Shown here: piece by piece, positions 1 to 13,740 of the stretch
How the letters are laid out: each line of letters begins with the position of its first letter
Numbering within the stretch: the first letter of the stretch is position 1
Origin: Tubiluchus corallicola
Lineage: Eukaryota > Animalia > Priapulida
Direction: 5' to 3'
Length of the DNA: 64,000 bases
Assembly: GCA_030141605.1 (NCBI GenBank)
Contig: JAQGDQ010000494.1
Coordinates: forward strand, 100,813 to 164,812
Made by a program: the position numbers and the translations under genes
Notes under the pieces: generated by a model
Seen by the model: the letters and a program-made list of their open reading frames with translations, nothing else
Databases searched by the model: none
Told to the model about the DNA's origin: nothing

Positions 1-534
1 GTTTAAAAATTACTTTAATGAGCTTTCCAACTTAATAATTCTCAGTAAGTTACATAGGGGCAGCACGCGACATGCTTTGGATGTATTCTATAATGGTGGC
101 ATACTACGAACTGGTGTGTGCCTGTGATTCTATTACCATATTAAATAATTTGAACAAACTGCACATATTTTAAGTTATTAATGTGTTTAGTTACCAAGTA
201 AAGTACTGGTATGTTTTCTACATTAAACCAGGAGAGCAATTTATCCAATAGGTCTACTTATTAACTGTTATGCACAAATACCAAATATTTAAGCAAATAA
301 GATGTTAGCCTCGTTCTTTACCTGCTTCATTTAAACTTTGCACAACAGAAAAGGTAGCGCGATTCATCATGTGCTGTGCTTCAAGAATTTATTGAACCCA
401 CTATGGAATAAAACTGAACTGAATAAAAAATCAACTTTTAATATCTTGCAACACTGCCATTTGGAGCTCTGGTAATTATGAATAATGGTGGTGCAGTCAC
501 AGGAGTCTATTGCTGAGACTGGTATCAAAAATTG

Positions 535-735
535 CAAGAAAAATCTTATCAGATTGTATGACATCAATTGTACGACGGAAAAATTGAATCAAATTGCATG
601 TTATCGATTGTATCTTGTCAATTGTATGAAAAAAATCTCATCAATTGTATAAAAAAATCGTATTAATAGTACGAAAAAGTCTTATCTATTGTATGAAAAA
701 AGTGTATAAAAAATCACACGCATAAAAAATTTGTT
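535..735. repeat. Degenerate ~22-bp tandem repeat (atcaattgtatgaaaaaaatct-like)
   Basis: About 8 imperfect copies of (t)atcaattgtay(g)aaaaa are visible; arrays like this are typical of transposon interiors. Confidence 0.6.
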
Positions 736-3406
736 CACTGGTGACCTTTCTGAGGTTAACACATGATAAGAATTAGAAAAATATAGACAAATTTAGAAGT
801 CTAAATAACTTTAGAATATCTTGTCAAATGTATGAAAGCACATTACCTCCTTTTGTTAATCATTTTTTGGTACGACATACTTACATTAGACTTATGAAAA
901 CTTCAGTCTGGCAGGTTTATCATTTTTGCTTTTTTCTCGAAACTCCATACATGATTTAGACAACTTCTTAACATGCAGGTATTGTCACATCTAGAGTTAT
1001 TTTATTTCCCAATATTCAATATATCAGTTTGCTAAGCTAATCTATAGACAGTTTTTCTGATTGCTTTTAGTTTCATGTTATGTGATGTAACTTGTTCTTT
1101 GAGTTTCTATGTATGGTTCATCTCCAACCCTGTGAGCGTATGGCATTGTCTAGAAAATTTGTAATCAGTTCGATAACGTAAATAGATATTTTAATCTCAA
1201 TAATTTAGTCAGTTAAATTATAATGTTATACACTGTATTATGGTTTGTTTCTTTGTGTGTTGTTTATGTTGAGCAATTAGTGTATGTTTTGGGGGAACTC
1301 TACAAAGTGCCCTTGCCCTTGTTTTTGTCATGAACATACTATTTATCGTCTTTTCTGCCTCTTTGTGTTGTAAAATATTATAAAGTTAGTTGTTGTTTTT
1401 TTGTAGAGTAACCTTGTGCATTCCGCAGTTAGAGTCGTAATCGTTTCAGCAAGCCAAATCTACTGCTGTGACTTGATAAGCTTTGTTTTGTGAGTGCATT
1501 CGCTACGTCAGTGCTTGACCATATTTACCATTCCGTGTAATAAAATGCAAATTACGTAATAAAAGGTAATAAAAGGTGTCCTTCGTGTGCCCCGAAATGT
1601 AGCTTAATCTCCCGTGTGCTTTTTAGCGGCCGTAATTCTTCTAGTGATAAACTGTTTGCATGAAATGACATGCATTGGTTCTCGTATATGTGTGCTTATA
1701 TGCACCTACGTGTAAATAATTCTGAGATCATCATTTCTTTAGCTGACATATGATTATACCCCCGATGTAAACAGCTAAACATTCGTTGCGTATGTGTGCA
1801 AGTATATGTACCCGCACATGCGTATGACAAAATGTTTTTAAGCAATAATATTTTTTAGTTAAAATCTTTGAAAAAGTGTTGGTTTTAAAAATTTTCATGT
1901 TCAAATTTTTAACTTTTTGGCCTAGCTACCTCGTTTGTTGTCGTTTTATCATAAACATCCCGCCCAAGTGTCTATAATTATTAATATTTACTATCTTATA
2001 CTGTATACTATGCGTGCTATCAGGTCAATAGCGATTTATTATGTGTATCTGAATAAATTTAAAACTTCGATATCTAGTGTTGTGCGTATTTATTTTGGTG
2101 CAGGTTAAAGGTACAACAGTGTAGCACCAGTGTCTTGTGTCTAATTTGAAATAGCTGCTTATCAATCCATTTTTCCGTCTGACTTCTTATCTGTGGAATT
2201 TCATACTGTGAAAATGTGGCCTTGCCAGGTTGAGGAAGGAACGCTAACATGTATTAGTGAAATTATGTTTGCTGGATCAGTATTCACATTTATTTAAAAA
2301 ACATGATGCTAGCTATAATTATTGCATATAGGCAGTATAATTATTTTTGCACGAAGTGCAGTGCCATCTCTTGGCAAAAAACAGAATATTGAAAACAGAA
2401 TACAATTTACAACCCTAGCATCCTTTAAAGTTAGTGTAGGCGGTACGAAATTCGATGCTACCACTTATAAGGAAAAACTCGTATTACAGGTTCTGATCTC
2501 GTAACTATTAAAACAGGCGGCAGATGGGGCTGCGATATCATGCGCAATGCAAAATATCTATAGCAAGATGAATGTGAAGCACCAATATTTCTGTCCAGAC
2601 AGCATAAGTTGTGTAGATATTGCATGAATTATTAAGTTCTTGTTTGAACAGTAATTCAAATGATATTTATTAGTGCCAAAAACATATACAATGCAACACA
2701 AAAAATAAGACACATACGACTTCAATTTTTGAAATAATGTAGTGACACTACAAACAAACAAAACAATTATTAGCAAAACAAATAATTACAATGTCGCTCT
2801 TGTCAGTTATTTAAATGAAGATTTTAATTATTAGTATTTAAAATAGCTTTGACGCTCATCTTGCCTCATTTTAAGTTATTGTGTTGAAAATTTATAAGTT
2901 TTTGGTTGGTGGATAATAATTATGGTTTAAAGTAGATCTATTTTCATACGCTACGCAAGTTCTACGCAAATCTGACACAGAGTCTGCATGATAAAAAATA
3001 ATGCAATGTCCTGCGTCGCTTGGCGTTATATTTTCCTGGAACAAATTTGTGCGCATATATTATATTCTAATTACAGTAGAAAGTGCAGGGAGTTCATACC
3101 TCATGCAATGGCTGGGCCAGTGAGCTATACATGTATGCATGATGCACAATTACTGCACTTTTGCCTTATAGCACGGTTGCCTATTTTCAGGTTAAACTGT
3201 TTTTTTTTCAGTTGCCATGCAAAGCAGATTTGTCCAGTTAATAACCTTAATAGTTTTAATTGCTATGTTAGTTTTTCAGTTTTATTATGTTGAAAATTGT
3301 GGACACACAGCAAGATTTTTTGCACTTAATTGCTTCGTTCGGCCGCACACGTCTATGATTGCCAAACAAAAAGTTAGAATTGACTTCGTTTAGGTCAATA
3401 TTGCTG

Positions 3407-3722
3407 TACACACGCACGCGCATGGCCCGATTTTTCCAGTGGGGCTGAGCCACTTTTGCCCGAAAAATACTCGGATAAAGCATAGGTCAACTTCGAGTTG
3501 GGAATTGCCTCACTCAACCCCTATAATCAAAAATGCCCGGATTTCGGGCACTTCATTTGGTGGCGTGGAGAAATTTCGAGATTTTTGCCAGAAAAAAATT
3601 TCGTCATTTGGTCGGTGCTCGAAGAATTCGGCGATTGCCGGAAAAAATGTGTTCGCCTGGATCCGGGAAGTTGGGGCTGCAGCACCTCTTTCCCAGACCT
3701 TCGACTCGAACGCGTATATGTA
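3407..3722. mobile_element. Possible GC-rich non-autonomous element (MITE-like)
   Basis: CpG-rich island in AT-rich DNA with weak inverted ends (tacacacgcacgcg ... cgcgtatatgta). No second copy in the window. Confidence 0.3.
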
Positions 3723-3999
3723 CGCAGCATGCTAACAATGTATGACCAGTGACCACTCTATTAGCTATAATTATTTGAAACGTTTCTGAAACATGAATTC
3801 ATAAAATTGCTTTCCATATTCTGACTTCCTCGATGATATCACAGTTGATTGAACTGCTTTGACAAAATAATAAATAGGATGGATAAATAGACGTTTTGCT
3901 TGAAAATCAGATAGTAATCTTTTTGAGACTTGCCATGGTCGTAAACGATGAAAGAAGTCATGTCTCTCAGATCACAGAAAGTTCTTTATAATTTCCTTT

Positions 4000-4042
4000 C
4001 AGAAACTTTCGTCACCTCACGGACTTCATCAGCTGTACAGAG
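4000..4042 (-). ncRNA. Minimal hammerhead-ribozyme-like motif (Penelope-like element associated?)
   Basis: Minus strand reads tgtacag-CTGATGA-a-gtcc-gtga-ggtgac-GAAA-gttt-ctg. Both catalytic core boxes, a stem II with a GNRA loop and a short cag/ctg stem I are present. Confidence 0.5.
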
Positions 4043-4299
4043 AGATACAATAAAAATTGCAGATAAAAGTACGCATAAAATGAAAGTATGCAGTGATACA
4101 GTGAAAGTATAAAAGATACAATGTTCATAAAGATGTTGTATTAAAAAGTTGATTTACAAGAAACATAACAGTTCCTAATTAAGAAAAACAAAATGAAAAT
4201 TAAACTTGCAATCACACCCGAATGAACTTGATAGAGGATAGATCTTGAAAGATAACCAAAACTGTACCTATTGACCAATGAGGTTTGTTAGTCCATAAA

Positions 4300-4796
4300 A
4301 TAGATTCAATAGATTTATTTCGCAATAAACATATACATATTACATGTGCATCGATAATCAGTTTTTGTTAATACAAAAATATGATACAATTCATGAATTC
4401 TGCGCTAGAGACCTAAGAAGCTAGCTTATGGTAGGCCACTAGAATTAGTTACGAAAAAATTACAATATATACAGATACAATATTACAATATATTCAAATA
4501 TAAATACGGGTGGGAAGTAACAAAAATATTATTATACTAGAGGGGAAGTTTTTGAAAATGAAAAACAACAAGTCATGATTGTGTGATCAGTTATATGTTT
4601 CAAGTAAGTTTAATTTATAATTTTTTTTAAATATGGACAGCGAGTTGGCATTTTTAATAGCTGGAGCAATTGAATTCCATATGTAAGGGCCATTGTATTT
4701 ATTAGAAAATTTTCTAACTTTTGTGTTGCACTGTATGTAGTGATAGTTCAGTCTATAACGTGTGTCGTAATTATGTATACTTACGTAAAATTTCAA
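4300..4796 (-). mobile_element. 3' remnant of a CR1/L2-group (Crack/Daphne-like) LINE
   Basis: ORF 4587-4796 encodes HNYDTR...YNGPYIWNSIAPAIKNANSLSIFKKNYK, the typical ORF2 C-terminus. The downstream UTR ends in aataaa-tctattgaatctatt. Confidence 0.7.
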
Positions 4797-5749
4797 TATG
4801 CAAAAAATATTGTTGATTTTGTAAAGCGTGTAAATCTATAATCAAATTACCTGCATTTGCGCACATTTTTTGTATGTAATTACATCTACAGCCGAGTACC
4901 CACATTCTTGTAACAGTCTTGTAATTAACGGATGAACGTTAATTGCTGTAAACTTGGCATAGAATGTGGCGCTGCATCGCGCGCCTGAAGGCGTATTCTT
5001 TGCATTGATAAAATGTTTATTTTAATAGCTTCTACATAATAATAGAGTTTTCTGCGCGATAACCTTGACAATTATAAACTGCCGCTGTGGTTGAGAGACA
5101 TTTTTAGAAAGAACAGCTGATGCATAATACGGATTAGGAGTAATTACTTATAGATTGGCTATAATTTTATATTGAACGTAATTAAGTTTACAGTCACTGG
5201 AAATCACACAGTACACGTGTGTTCTTAGATCAAATTAATACTAATAGGTATTTATACAGAGAATAAGTGAAGCTAATGTGTTTTCTTAGCCGAAATGGGA
5301 TTTCTTTCAGTTGTTTGAGCAGCAATTTTGATGTGGATAGGATATGCTTTGATTTTTGATCATCAGTTTTTTTGCTTGTGTAGCCAATTGGTCTGAAGTA
5401 ACAGATGTAGAGACTTGGGTACGTGCTTAAATAGGTGGCGTCACGCAGAGAGAAGGTTAAATCATACAAAATTGGTTAAACTTGACATAACACATAAGTA
5501 ATGACAAAATCACAAGTTAGATTTTTACGTTCATATTCCTACATTGTCTGTATCTTACACCCACCATATTAGGCAAAAACTCATCGTGATTGCAACATCA
5601 AAATGAAGGAATGTTCACGTTTTTCAGCCTACACAATTAAAGATTTCAATATGAGTAAGAGTCAAGCGGAAGATATGATACTTAGTTGTTTTACCCCAGG
5701 GTAAACAGCTCAAAAATTTAACTTTCCTTTTCTCCGTAGAAGGAATGCA

Positions 5750-5920
5750 AAGTTGCCAATCACATGGAGCTATAGGATGACGTTACGGTGCGCGAGTCGC
5801 TGAGAATGCGCATGCACAAATTGGGCCATGGCCGCGCCCAGCTTAACGCTCATTGGCAAGCACACTACAATAGACAGGCAAATATTCAGTGACTGAAGTG
5901 GTTATTCGGTCAGTCAGCTG
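5750..5920 (+). promoter_or_regulatory. Probable proximal promoter of the CABIT gene
   Basis: CpG-rich patch 130-300 bp upstream of the ATG. It contains CCAAT (5756), CRE-like TGACGT (5778), NRF1-like TGCGCATGCA (5807), ATTGG (5852) and Inr-like TCAGT motifs. Confidence 0.5.
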
Positions 5921-6043
5921 CAGAAGGTTACTGCTGCGATGTTCTTCAAGACAGTTACTGTAATAATTTTTAAGATACGTGTTGCTGCTGTTGCTTGTCT
6001 CGTGTAGTTTAGTGTTTTCGCTTTTTTCATTCAACTATTGACG

Positions 6044-6512
6044 ATGACTTCGTTGGAAATACAACCGCTGACGTCTGCTGTGAAGTGGTCAGATGACAGT
6101 TTGTACCTGAAGGATTTTATACGCGTTTACCAGCTGCCTCATCTGGCTCGAGTGACCAAGGGACAGTACTCCTGTGTGGGAGTACCAGGATTAATATCTG
6201 ACTTAGATTTGTCCCAAAGTGTACTATTACATTCCAGTTACAAAGCTGTGAAAGTGCTAGCTCAATGTGTTCGCATCAAAGACGTCAGGAAAGGCAGTCC
6301 TGTTTCTTGTTGTGGACCGACTGTTTCCATACCGTCCACGTATAAGGGATGGTTTGAGGTGCTCTCGGAAGAGGGGAAGGCGGTCAAACCCATGGAGAGC
6401 ATAGCGGAGTTGGCCGCCAAAGGTCCGGAAAGTTTTCTGGTTCGGGAGAATTGTAAAGCACTTGTGGGCTCTCCCGATGCATGTTCAGATAAATCAAGAT
6501 TAGTTTTAGGAG
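6044..6512 (+). CDS. CABIT-domain adaptor protein (GAREM/THEMIS/Serrano-like), coding exon 1
   Basis: ATG at 6044. WSDDSLYLKDFIRVYQLPHLARVTKG...VLLHS...GPTVSIPSTYKGWFEVL resembles the GAREM N-terminal CABIT domain. Consensus donor AG|GTGAGT at 6512/6513; 469 nt gives phase 1. Confidence 0.88.
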
Positions 6513-7984
6513 GTGAGTTATTTTTTGCAAGTTGTAAAATGATTCCTAAATTTTTATCATTATTGAAATCATTTTGCCTGTGGTTTACTGATCATATTAT
6601 TAGAAATCTATTGATATGAGAAGTGTTTTGAGTTTTACGAGTTTTATTAATCCGTTCAGTTTTCTGTCCGTGTTAAAATCTTCCTTTATCGTCGTACTGT
6701 AGCGTGAATTTATTTCACAATATGCACAATTTATCAGCTTTATTCAGTTTATCAAGATAAATCGTACGTAGATATAGACTGCAGTACAATATACAGCATT
6801 TCGCTCGCCTTGCCCCCTCTAATTACTTATGCCCCAATTCCGCAAAAATTATAGTGTGCGAGCCACAATTGAGGACGTAAGTGTGCGTTAGATTAAAACG
6901 CGTGCGTCTAATATTTTGATTCGGAAGTTTGCACACTCTTACAGGCTGTTCTTACTATCTCTTTACAAGAGAATTATTGAGATTGCTTTGCTTATTTTGG
7001 TTATCTACGGCATTCGAGCCATTGGTATGCAATCGCATTCTTTATTTTGTAGCATTTTACGTTGACATACGAAGGGATATTATTTCCTGAAGTTTGCGGA
7101 GAGTAATAGAATCACAAATGATTTGACAAAGTAATACTACAAGGTCCAGGATGTATCAATTTTTTTACATGTGATCAATCCCACTAAGTTTGATTTCACT
7201 GATATTAGATTCCACTGTTTCCACATGTCTAAAAAGAGCTGGTCTCAACTAGGTCTATAAGATGGGCATGTTCATTGGTTCAGTTCTGTTAATATAAGAG
7301 TATGTTTTAAATTGGTGGCTATTCTGATAGAAATTCTTTCAGAAATCCTGTTTTTGCACGCAGTTTTTTTGCAACTCTTAAAAAACTGTTCCGGCAAAAT
7401 AATCCGTATTTTGTATTTCTTCGCCCATGAACATTATAGCTGATAGCTGAGATCTCCCTTCTGCGTCTAGCTGTTAATTACATAACCCTGGCAGGCGCGG
7501 TGCGCCAACTGTAGGAGAATGCATTTGCAGCAAAAAAAAGCACAACTTGAATGATGTTTTCCTGAACTATGACTTCTTCTCAGAGTCGTAGCGCATTGTT
7601 GTGCCATCAAGACAAGCGCTTCTTTGTTTGGTAACAAGACGAAGATCCCCAGGAGGTCATCACACTGTAACTTACTGTGTGAGATTAGCCACACTGATTA
7701 CCATAATCTGAACAGTTATCGTACTGTGCAACAACGGTCATGGCAATTTTGTCACTCGTAATCACACGGTCTCCCGCGTTCTGCGTTCTCAATGCTGTAG
7801 TTTTCGTAATCAATGTAGCTGTTAGCTGCGGCCACTAAGTTGGAAATCAGTGTAACTTTTTTGAATATATGGTCTTGCATTCTACAACAGCAAGCTGGGA
7901 TCCAACACTCAGTAGCGAGACTAATAAATATAGCTGTTTGTGGAGGAACAGGAATCTAGGGTCAGATAAATGTCAGGGATAATA

Positions 7985-8284
7985 TTCTAAGACACTTCAG
8001 GAGCAAATTAAGAAAAATGATTTATCACATTCAGTCACCCATTTACTTTCCGACAAGGTTGATTGTTGCTAAACTGTCAACGGTAATGTTCTAAGACATT
8101 TTAGGAGTAAATCAGCAAAAATGCATTATCACATTCAGTCACCCATTTACTTACCGACAAGGTCGATTGTTGCTAAACTGTCAACGGTCATGTTCTAGGA
8201 CATTTTAGGAGTGAATCAGAAAAAATATTTCATCACGTTCAGTCACTCATCTATTTACTGACAAGGCTTGATTGTTGCGAAACT
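7985..8284. repeat. ~104-bp tandem repeat, about 3 copies
   Basis: ttctaagaca...cagtcacccatttac...gattgttgctaaact recurs at about 7985, 8089 and 8193. Confidence 0.85.
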
Positions 8285-8449
8285 TGGGCCACTGTGCAAA
8301 ATCTTATAACTATCCCGCTCCGAGAAACTGACATGTATCGGGTCTGCGTGTTCATAATCTTCAAAAGGAATGCCACTTTCTCAGTGACAGAGTGTTAATC
8401 CGGACGCTATCTCAATTTTTGTTTCGTCGTTTCTGTCCACCAGTATATA

Positions 8450-9225
8450 TAAATGATCATCGGAAGATAGCCTAAAAATGGCTGTGCGTAATGGTTATCG
8501 CGGGAATTTATATTTACAAGTTTTACACAGCGTTACTGCTAACGCAAGCTCTGTGCATATTAAGATAGCATGTAAGTGATACTAAATTTCAACGCGATTT
8601 TTTTAACTTCATTTACGGAGAATGTTTTCTTGTTCTTTAAGATGAGGCATGACGAAAAAAAGAACGCTATTAGAAACTCGTTAAAATATCTGTCTGCCTC
8701 GCCAGTTTTTGTGCAAAACTCGTAATCTCGCAAAAACGCGGATTTGGCGAGAAGAGAAAAACCCCAAGGCTGAGAGAATCAGTGAAAGTGATTGCTCCGT
8801 GACTACTCCCTCTCCTATGCGACTGTAATATTATTATGACCATGAAAGATGCTTTGATGAGCTAAACAGTTGTATCATGCGATGAGGAGCAACAAGGCCA
8901 GCTTTGCATGCCATGAGCTGTAGTCGAACCTGTTCAGAAGAATTTGCTGTTGACTCTTTACGAAACGTGTTAAAGCACAAGAAAACCCTCCACTTTCATG
9001 ACGCCTAAATTCCTCTCGAAATTTTTTACCACTGACATACTGCCTTTTTGCATATTAGACTTGTGTCGGCAGTAACGCTGCTTAAACTCCCGCGGTGACC
9101 GTTAGACGCAGCCATTTTGACGGCAGATCATTTGAAGCAAGTTCAGATAACATTGCGTAAAGTTTGAAAAAATAATCAGAACATTCGTAGCACACACATT
9201 TAAAATTACTGTATCTTGTCAATAC
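8450..9225. mobile_element. Dispersed repeat family C, two copies in inverted orientation
   Basis: aaaatggctg...cgcggga...cagcgttactgc...caag (8476-8560) is mirrored at 9050-9133. The same family recurs at about 13260-13740, 36200-36560, 40540-41100, 48300-48650 (+) and 50880-51125 (-). Confidence 0.6.
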
Positions 9226-9260
9226 GACTACAATAGGATTATAAATTATCAGTCAGAGAC

Positions 9261-9450
9261 GAGGCGGCATAGTCTAGTGGTAATGCGTCCGCTTTCCGTC
9301 TGGGAGGTCTGGAGTTCGACACTGCCAAATACTTTAAAATGACACTGACTGTTGCCCTGCCTGGTGCGTGGTATTATCTGTTGTTATACAATTGTTATTC
9401 ACAGTTGGCAAAAACCTCACAAGTTTGTGTTAATTGTTATACAAAAAGCT
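9261..9450 (+). mobile_element. tRNA-derived SINE (Meta/MESC-core-like)
   Basis: A box TAGTCTAGTGG and B box GTTCGAC, then a ccaaatactttaaaatga...tgttgccctgcctggtgcgtggtatta core and an AT/microsatellite tail. Homologous to 27570-27870. Confidence 0.7.
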
Positions 9451-9526
9451 GAAATTAAATAATAATAATAATTTTATTATTAATTTATTATTATTTATTA
9501 ATTAATTTTATTACTGTTATCATCAT

Positions 9527-9557
<31 letters not shown>

Positions 9558-10004
9558 AACAGCAGGAGCATTATTATTTATTTATTTATTTATTATTATT
9601 ATTGTCGTTGTCGTTATTATTATTATTATTAGTTAAAACATATTATGAGATTAAAATTACGTATTACGTGCATAAACAATGCAGCGGTTTAGAAAATAAG
9701 GTTGCTCTAGTTATTCTTTATCGTATAAACATCGGCCATTTCTGTAACTCCATTGTCCTTTTCATACTGTACGAATAACAGTTTGACAAATACGTGTGTG
9801 TTGTAAACTGCTATGGTGTCAAGTAGTTGAGAAAATGATTAACATTCGTGAATTCTCATGGTTAAACTTTAGACCTCGTGGTTACTTATTTTTGATAGTT
9901 TTTATGAGGCGCTAGTTATTTTGTAGACGCGTAAGGTTCTTTCAAACTGTCAGATTCTACGTAGTCCGCTTCTTGGAAGCAGGGCTAACGACGTACGGAA
10001 GAAT

Positions 10005-10620
10005 TTAACAGGCAGACAAGACGTTCTTTCATATACTACCCCATTTTTAAGTCTGATAAAAAATCTACCTTTTATCACATTTAGCACTGCAACAGTGTTT
10101 CTCATAATTTAATAACTCATAGATTAAAAACTTACTTAACGGCGGGAGAGCCCAACTATTGATGACGTCACAAACTAACACAATTTTCAACAGCGAAAAT
10201 ATTCCACGAGCGTGTTGCACGTGTTTGCGAAAAAGCAAATTGAAATACAATGCTACTGCAAGATATTCAGTGTGTTGTACTAAAACTAGGCAAGTTTTAA
10301 GATAAAAATTCAAATTTTAAATGAACCGCTGTGCTCATGCATGAGCTGCCGAAAGTGTGTAGTTCGTCAGAAACTAACACATCTCAACTGAGAGGTAGAG
10401 CATCTGTTTTTTGTGCAATGCGTTTCCGAAATGCAGGTGGCTAGTGCCGGTCTAACAAGCAAATGACAAAATGCGTGTAACAGCGTGAAATGCGTGAAAT
10501 TGTTTGTATGGTAACAATTCTTTCACGTAATTCTTGAAAAAATAGTATGTTTTCTTTCAATATTTTAAAGTGTGAATTGTTTTGACCTGCAATTTGAGAT
10601 TGGGTCCGGTTTTGCTTTAA
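10005..10620 (+). mobile_element. ~615-bp TTAA-bounded non-autonomous DNA transposon (Kolobok-like), family B copy 1
   Basis: Ends ...gggtccggttttgctTTAA. Homologous along its length to 18258-18876 (inverted) and about 26420-26959. Confidence 0.7.
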
Positions 10621-11589
10621 CAGGAAGAACTTTTATTTAAAACAAATTATTTCTCAACTGTCTTATATTTACGAGTTTAAAAGTTACTTTGCGATTTGAA
10701 ATTCAACTGGAATAATTTATAAAACTCAAACTTGTTCTCAATAAATACTTCATAACTTTCTGGTGCTTGTTCATTTTATTTAATGAAAGTAGTGTGCTGA
10801 CGGAACTGCCTAATATTGATGTTCCGCCATTACAGTCCCGTCGTGCCTCAGGCAACCATATTTCGGCTGTAGTCCCACTGGCCTGCCAGTCCAGGTGCAG
10901 AGTAATGATTATACAACCTAGCTGCTTCTGTCTCTTACAAAAACTGGCCGACTTCTGTTCGATTTTAGTGTCCTGGAGTTGAGGTGAACTAAGATTTTAC
11001 GGGTTGTGATGTGGGTTTTACCCAGGGGCAAAGTTGTGTCGTCTTTACACTAGTTCCCGAGAGAGAAAACGAGTTTATGCTTCGTACGTGTTCGATCTTT
11101 AGTTTTTCCGGCCAATGATAGCTACAACAGGGCGTTCAACTTACGTACATATCGGATAGCAAGTTTATTATACATGTGGTGAAGAACTGATTGTGTATCT
11201 GAGTCGAAGGAGTGAGAATTTGATTTAATAAATGAAGGTAATAAATTTAATTTGGGATTCAGTTCACGAGGAACTGTTCACACCATTCGTTGTCGGAGCT
11301 GTATAAATGTTTTTAAAACTGGAACAAAAATTGCGGCATTACGTGTATAAAGAAAGTGCCATAATCTTTGCAGACTTGAGAAATTAAACTTCAAAATAAT
11401 TGGCGTGATTTAGTGTGTGAATGAAAAATGTTTTGCTTCTAAGAGAACTAAATTTGATGAAGTGGGGGCCATCATTAGAGAGTCATATTTTCTCTGAAAT
11501 TTCTCATTCCTTAATCATGATTGCAATAAGACGCCTTAGCTTTTCGATTTATCGTAGTATTAGTACTTTGATCTACCGTTCCTCGCCTC

Positions 11590-12090
11590 CATTAATTATA
11601 AAAAAATCAGCAAAGGTCACGTGATGTTGCTAGTGGAAGCCCCCAATATCTTCAAAATGAAGTCATCTTTCCTGCCCCGCTTGTAACACATTAACAGCGT
11701 ACTATGCCGTTTTCACTTCATCCCAATAATTTACCGGAAGTTTCTTTGGATTTTGAATTTCGTTTTAAAATTTCGGTCAAATGTGACGTCACCAACGAGC
11801 ATACCTATATGTTGTATATGTATACAGGGCGGTCCAGAAAAACAATTTTCAATAAAACAAACTCCCACCCTTCCGTCCTGGTAGAGGAGTTTGTAAAAGA
11901 GATCAACATCATCATGTGGCCCGGTTTCTCCTTCTTTCTCAAAGGCGTCTAAATCTCCCTACCAACCCCCCCCCCCCCAAGCGCCGGTAGGGCATTTTTG
12001 TACATGATATTATGCAGGCGAACGGACAGACACACGAGCGCAGATTGGACCGATTACTATAGTAACTGCTATAAAAAGTTATCCTTTACA
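11590..12090 (+). mobile_element. Possible Helentron/DINE-1-like non-autonomous element
   Basis: 3' part gatattatgcaggcgaacggacagacacac...actatagtaact...agtta resembles HINE microsatellite-plus-hairpin ends. Boundaries uncertain. Confidence 0.3.
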
Positions 12091-13259
12091 AGGAATTCGA
12101 ACCCGTACTTTTCGCGGATACGTGGAGGTACAACATGCAAAGTTCCTTTAAACAAACTTTAGGGTTAAAGATCTTACCTGAGACCTGAGCAGTGTATTCA
12201 TAACTTTCTTCTTGATAGTTTGTCGCCAAACAGTACCAGGGTTGAGCAATCGAGCCCAGGATATCTGAAAAATGCAAGTCATCGTCTTACCCTCAAGTCG
12301 TTTCAAGTTAAGATGTTTTCACTGTTAGTTGAAATTTTCTTGCTCACGTCAGCTACTTCTTTTGCTGGCGTAGAATATTTGTTGGTGATTGAAACTTCTG
12401 AGGGCCTCCCCATTGGCCTTGTGCGTAACGCTGTAGCCAATAAAATTAAAGTTTAACGGGAAAGAAAAGGAAATTTTTTAAGTATATCCCAAGGAACATT
12501 CGTCACCAAGAAATGCGTTGTTTGGTGAGCTTAACCTTTGACCTTTTCACGATCGTCGTCAATCGCTGGAACTGTGAAAAGGCTTACTGCTATATTTCTA
12601 TACTTCTTGGAATCGGAAAAAAACTGAATTCTTGTGTTCCAACATACTAATCAATGGTGTTTATTTCTCGAGCACGAAAACAGGTACTACTGTGTCCTGG
12701 AGGCAGAAGTTTAGTCACTTTAGTGCAACACGAGGTTCTGCTTAACTTGAATGAATCCAGGCAGTCCAGTTTTGCTATTAATTTACTTCTTAAATAGACA
12801 TGTCACCGCATTTTATAGGGGCGTTGTAACTTTCACCTTTCGAGAACGTATAACTATAGATTTCATTGTTTTATGATACCCCATAGCAAATCTATGCCAA
12901 CAGGTGTAACCCAGTTGAAAGTTTCACCCTCATAAAAATTGCCTTGTTTCGTCTTTGTTTCGTTTCTTGGCTAGCGGGCGAGTTTTAAGCATTTTAGCGC
13001 GCTGTAAATGGGCTCTTGTCCCAGGTCTTTATATCGGCCATTACACCTGAACTATATAATTCAGGTTTACGAGTTGAAATTTCGATTTGCTGCCGTCAGA
13101 AGAATGTCGTTTCACTATTGTAGTAGTCATTATTCGTTTTTGTGCTTCTGTGCACATGAATTTACACCTTTTTTACTCTATAATAACCTGTTTAAAGCAT
13201 TTTATTATGGTTATTAATGGAGTTACTGTAATACCTGGTTGACTCAAAGCAAAAGAAAA

Positions 13260-13740
13260 GCTGATTTTCAAGTAGATCCCAAAAAACTTACCGTGCAAAG
13301 TCCTAGCATTACGTTAACCTGCTTTGAAAGACTTAAGGAGCTGAAAAAGATAATTCTTAATGATTTAAAATGTTTGCGCCAACTGGTAAAATGTTACTGA
13401 CTCACCTTCCCAGTGTGCACCACTGACTCACAAAAACGTATTTGTAATCTTACTGACAAAATAAAGTAATTTATGCGAAGAGTGTGCTGCGAGTGCTCTG
13501 GTTCCTTTTTCAAACTTCACCAAAGTTATCTTGTTTTTAAACTACTTAACTTAATTTCTAAAATTCATCGCAGGAGTTTAATTTCCCCCCTTTCAAGTTT
13601 TATACAGCATTACTGATAGTATAAGCTCTGCATGCAATAAGAAAGAAAGTAAGTGATACAAAATTTCAAGACAAATTTTTCAATCTATATGCACGAAGAG
13701 TGTTGTCTTACAGTTAACAAAATCTGACGTGTAATTTACG
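13260..13740 (+). mobile_element. Dispersed repeat family C copy
   Basis: Shares cccagtgtgcac...tactgacaa...gaagagtgtgct...ttcaaactt with the copies near 36200, 40900 and 48430. Confidence 0.65.

Noticed and set aside
6513-6619. C-terminal extension of the 193-aa ORF
   Set aside because: Read-through past a consensus donor into AT-rich intron.
9261-9330. Functional tRNA genes at 9261, 27570 and 30099
   Set aside because: Cloverleaf stems are broken, and the first two continue into a shared SINE body.
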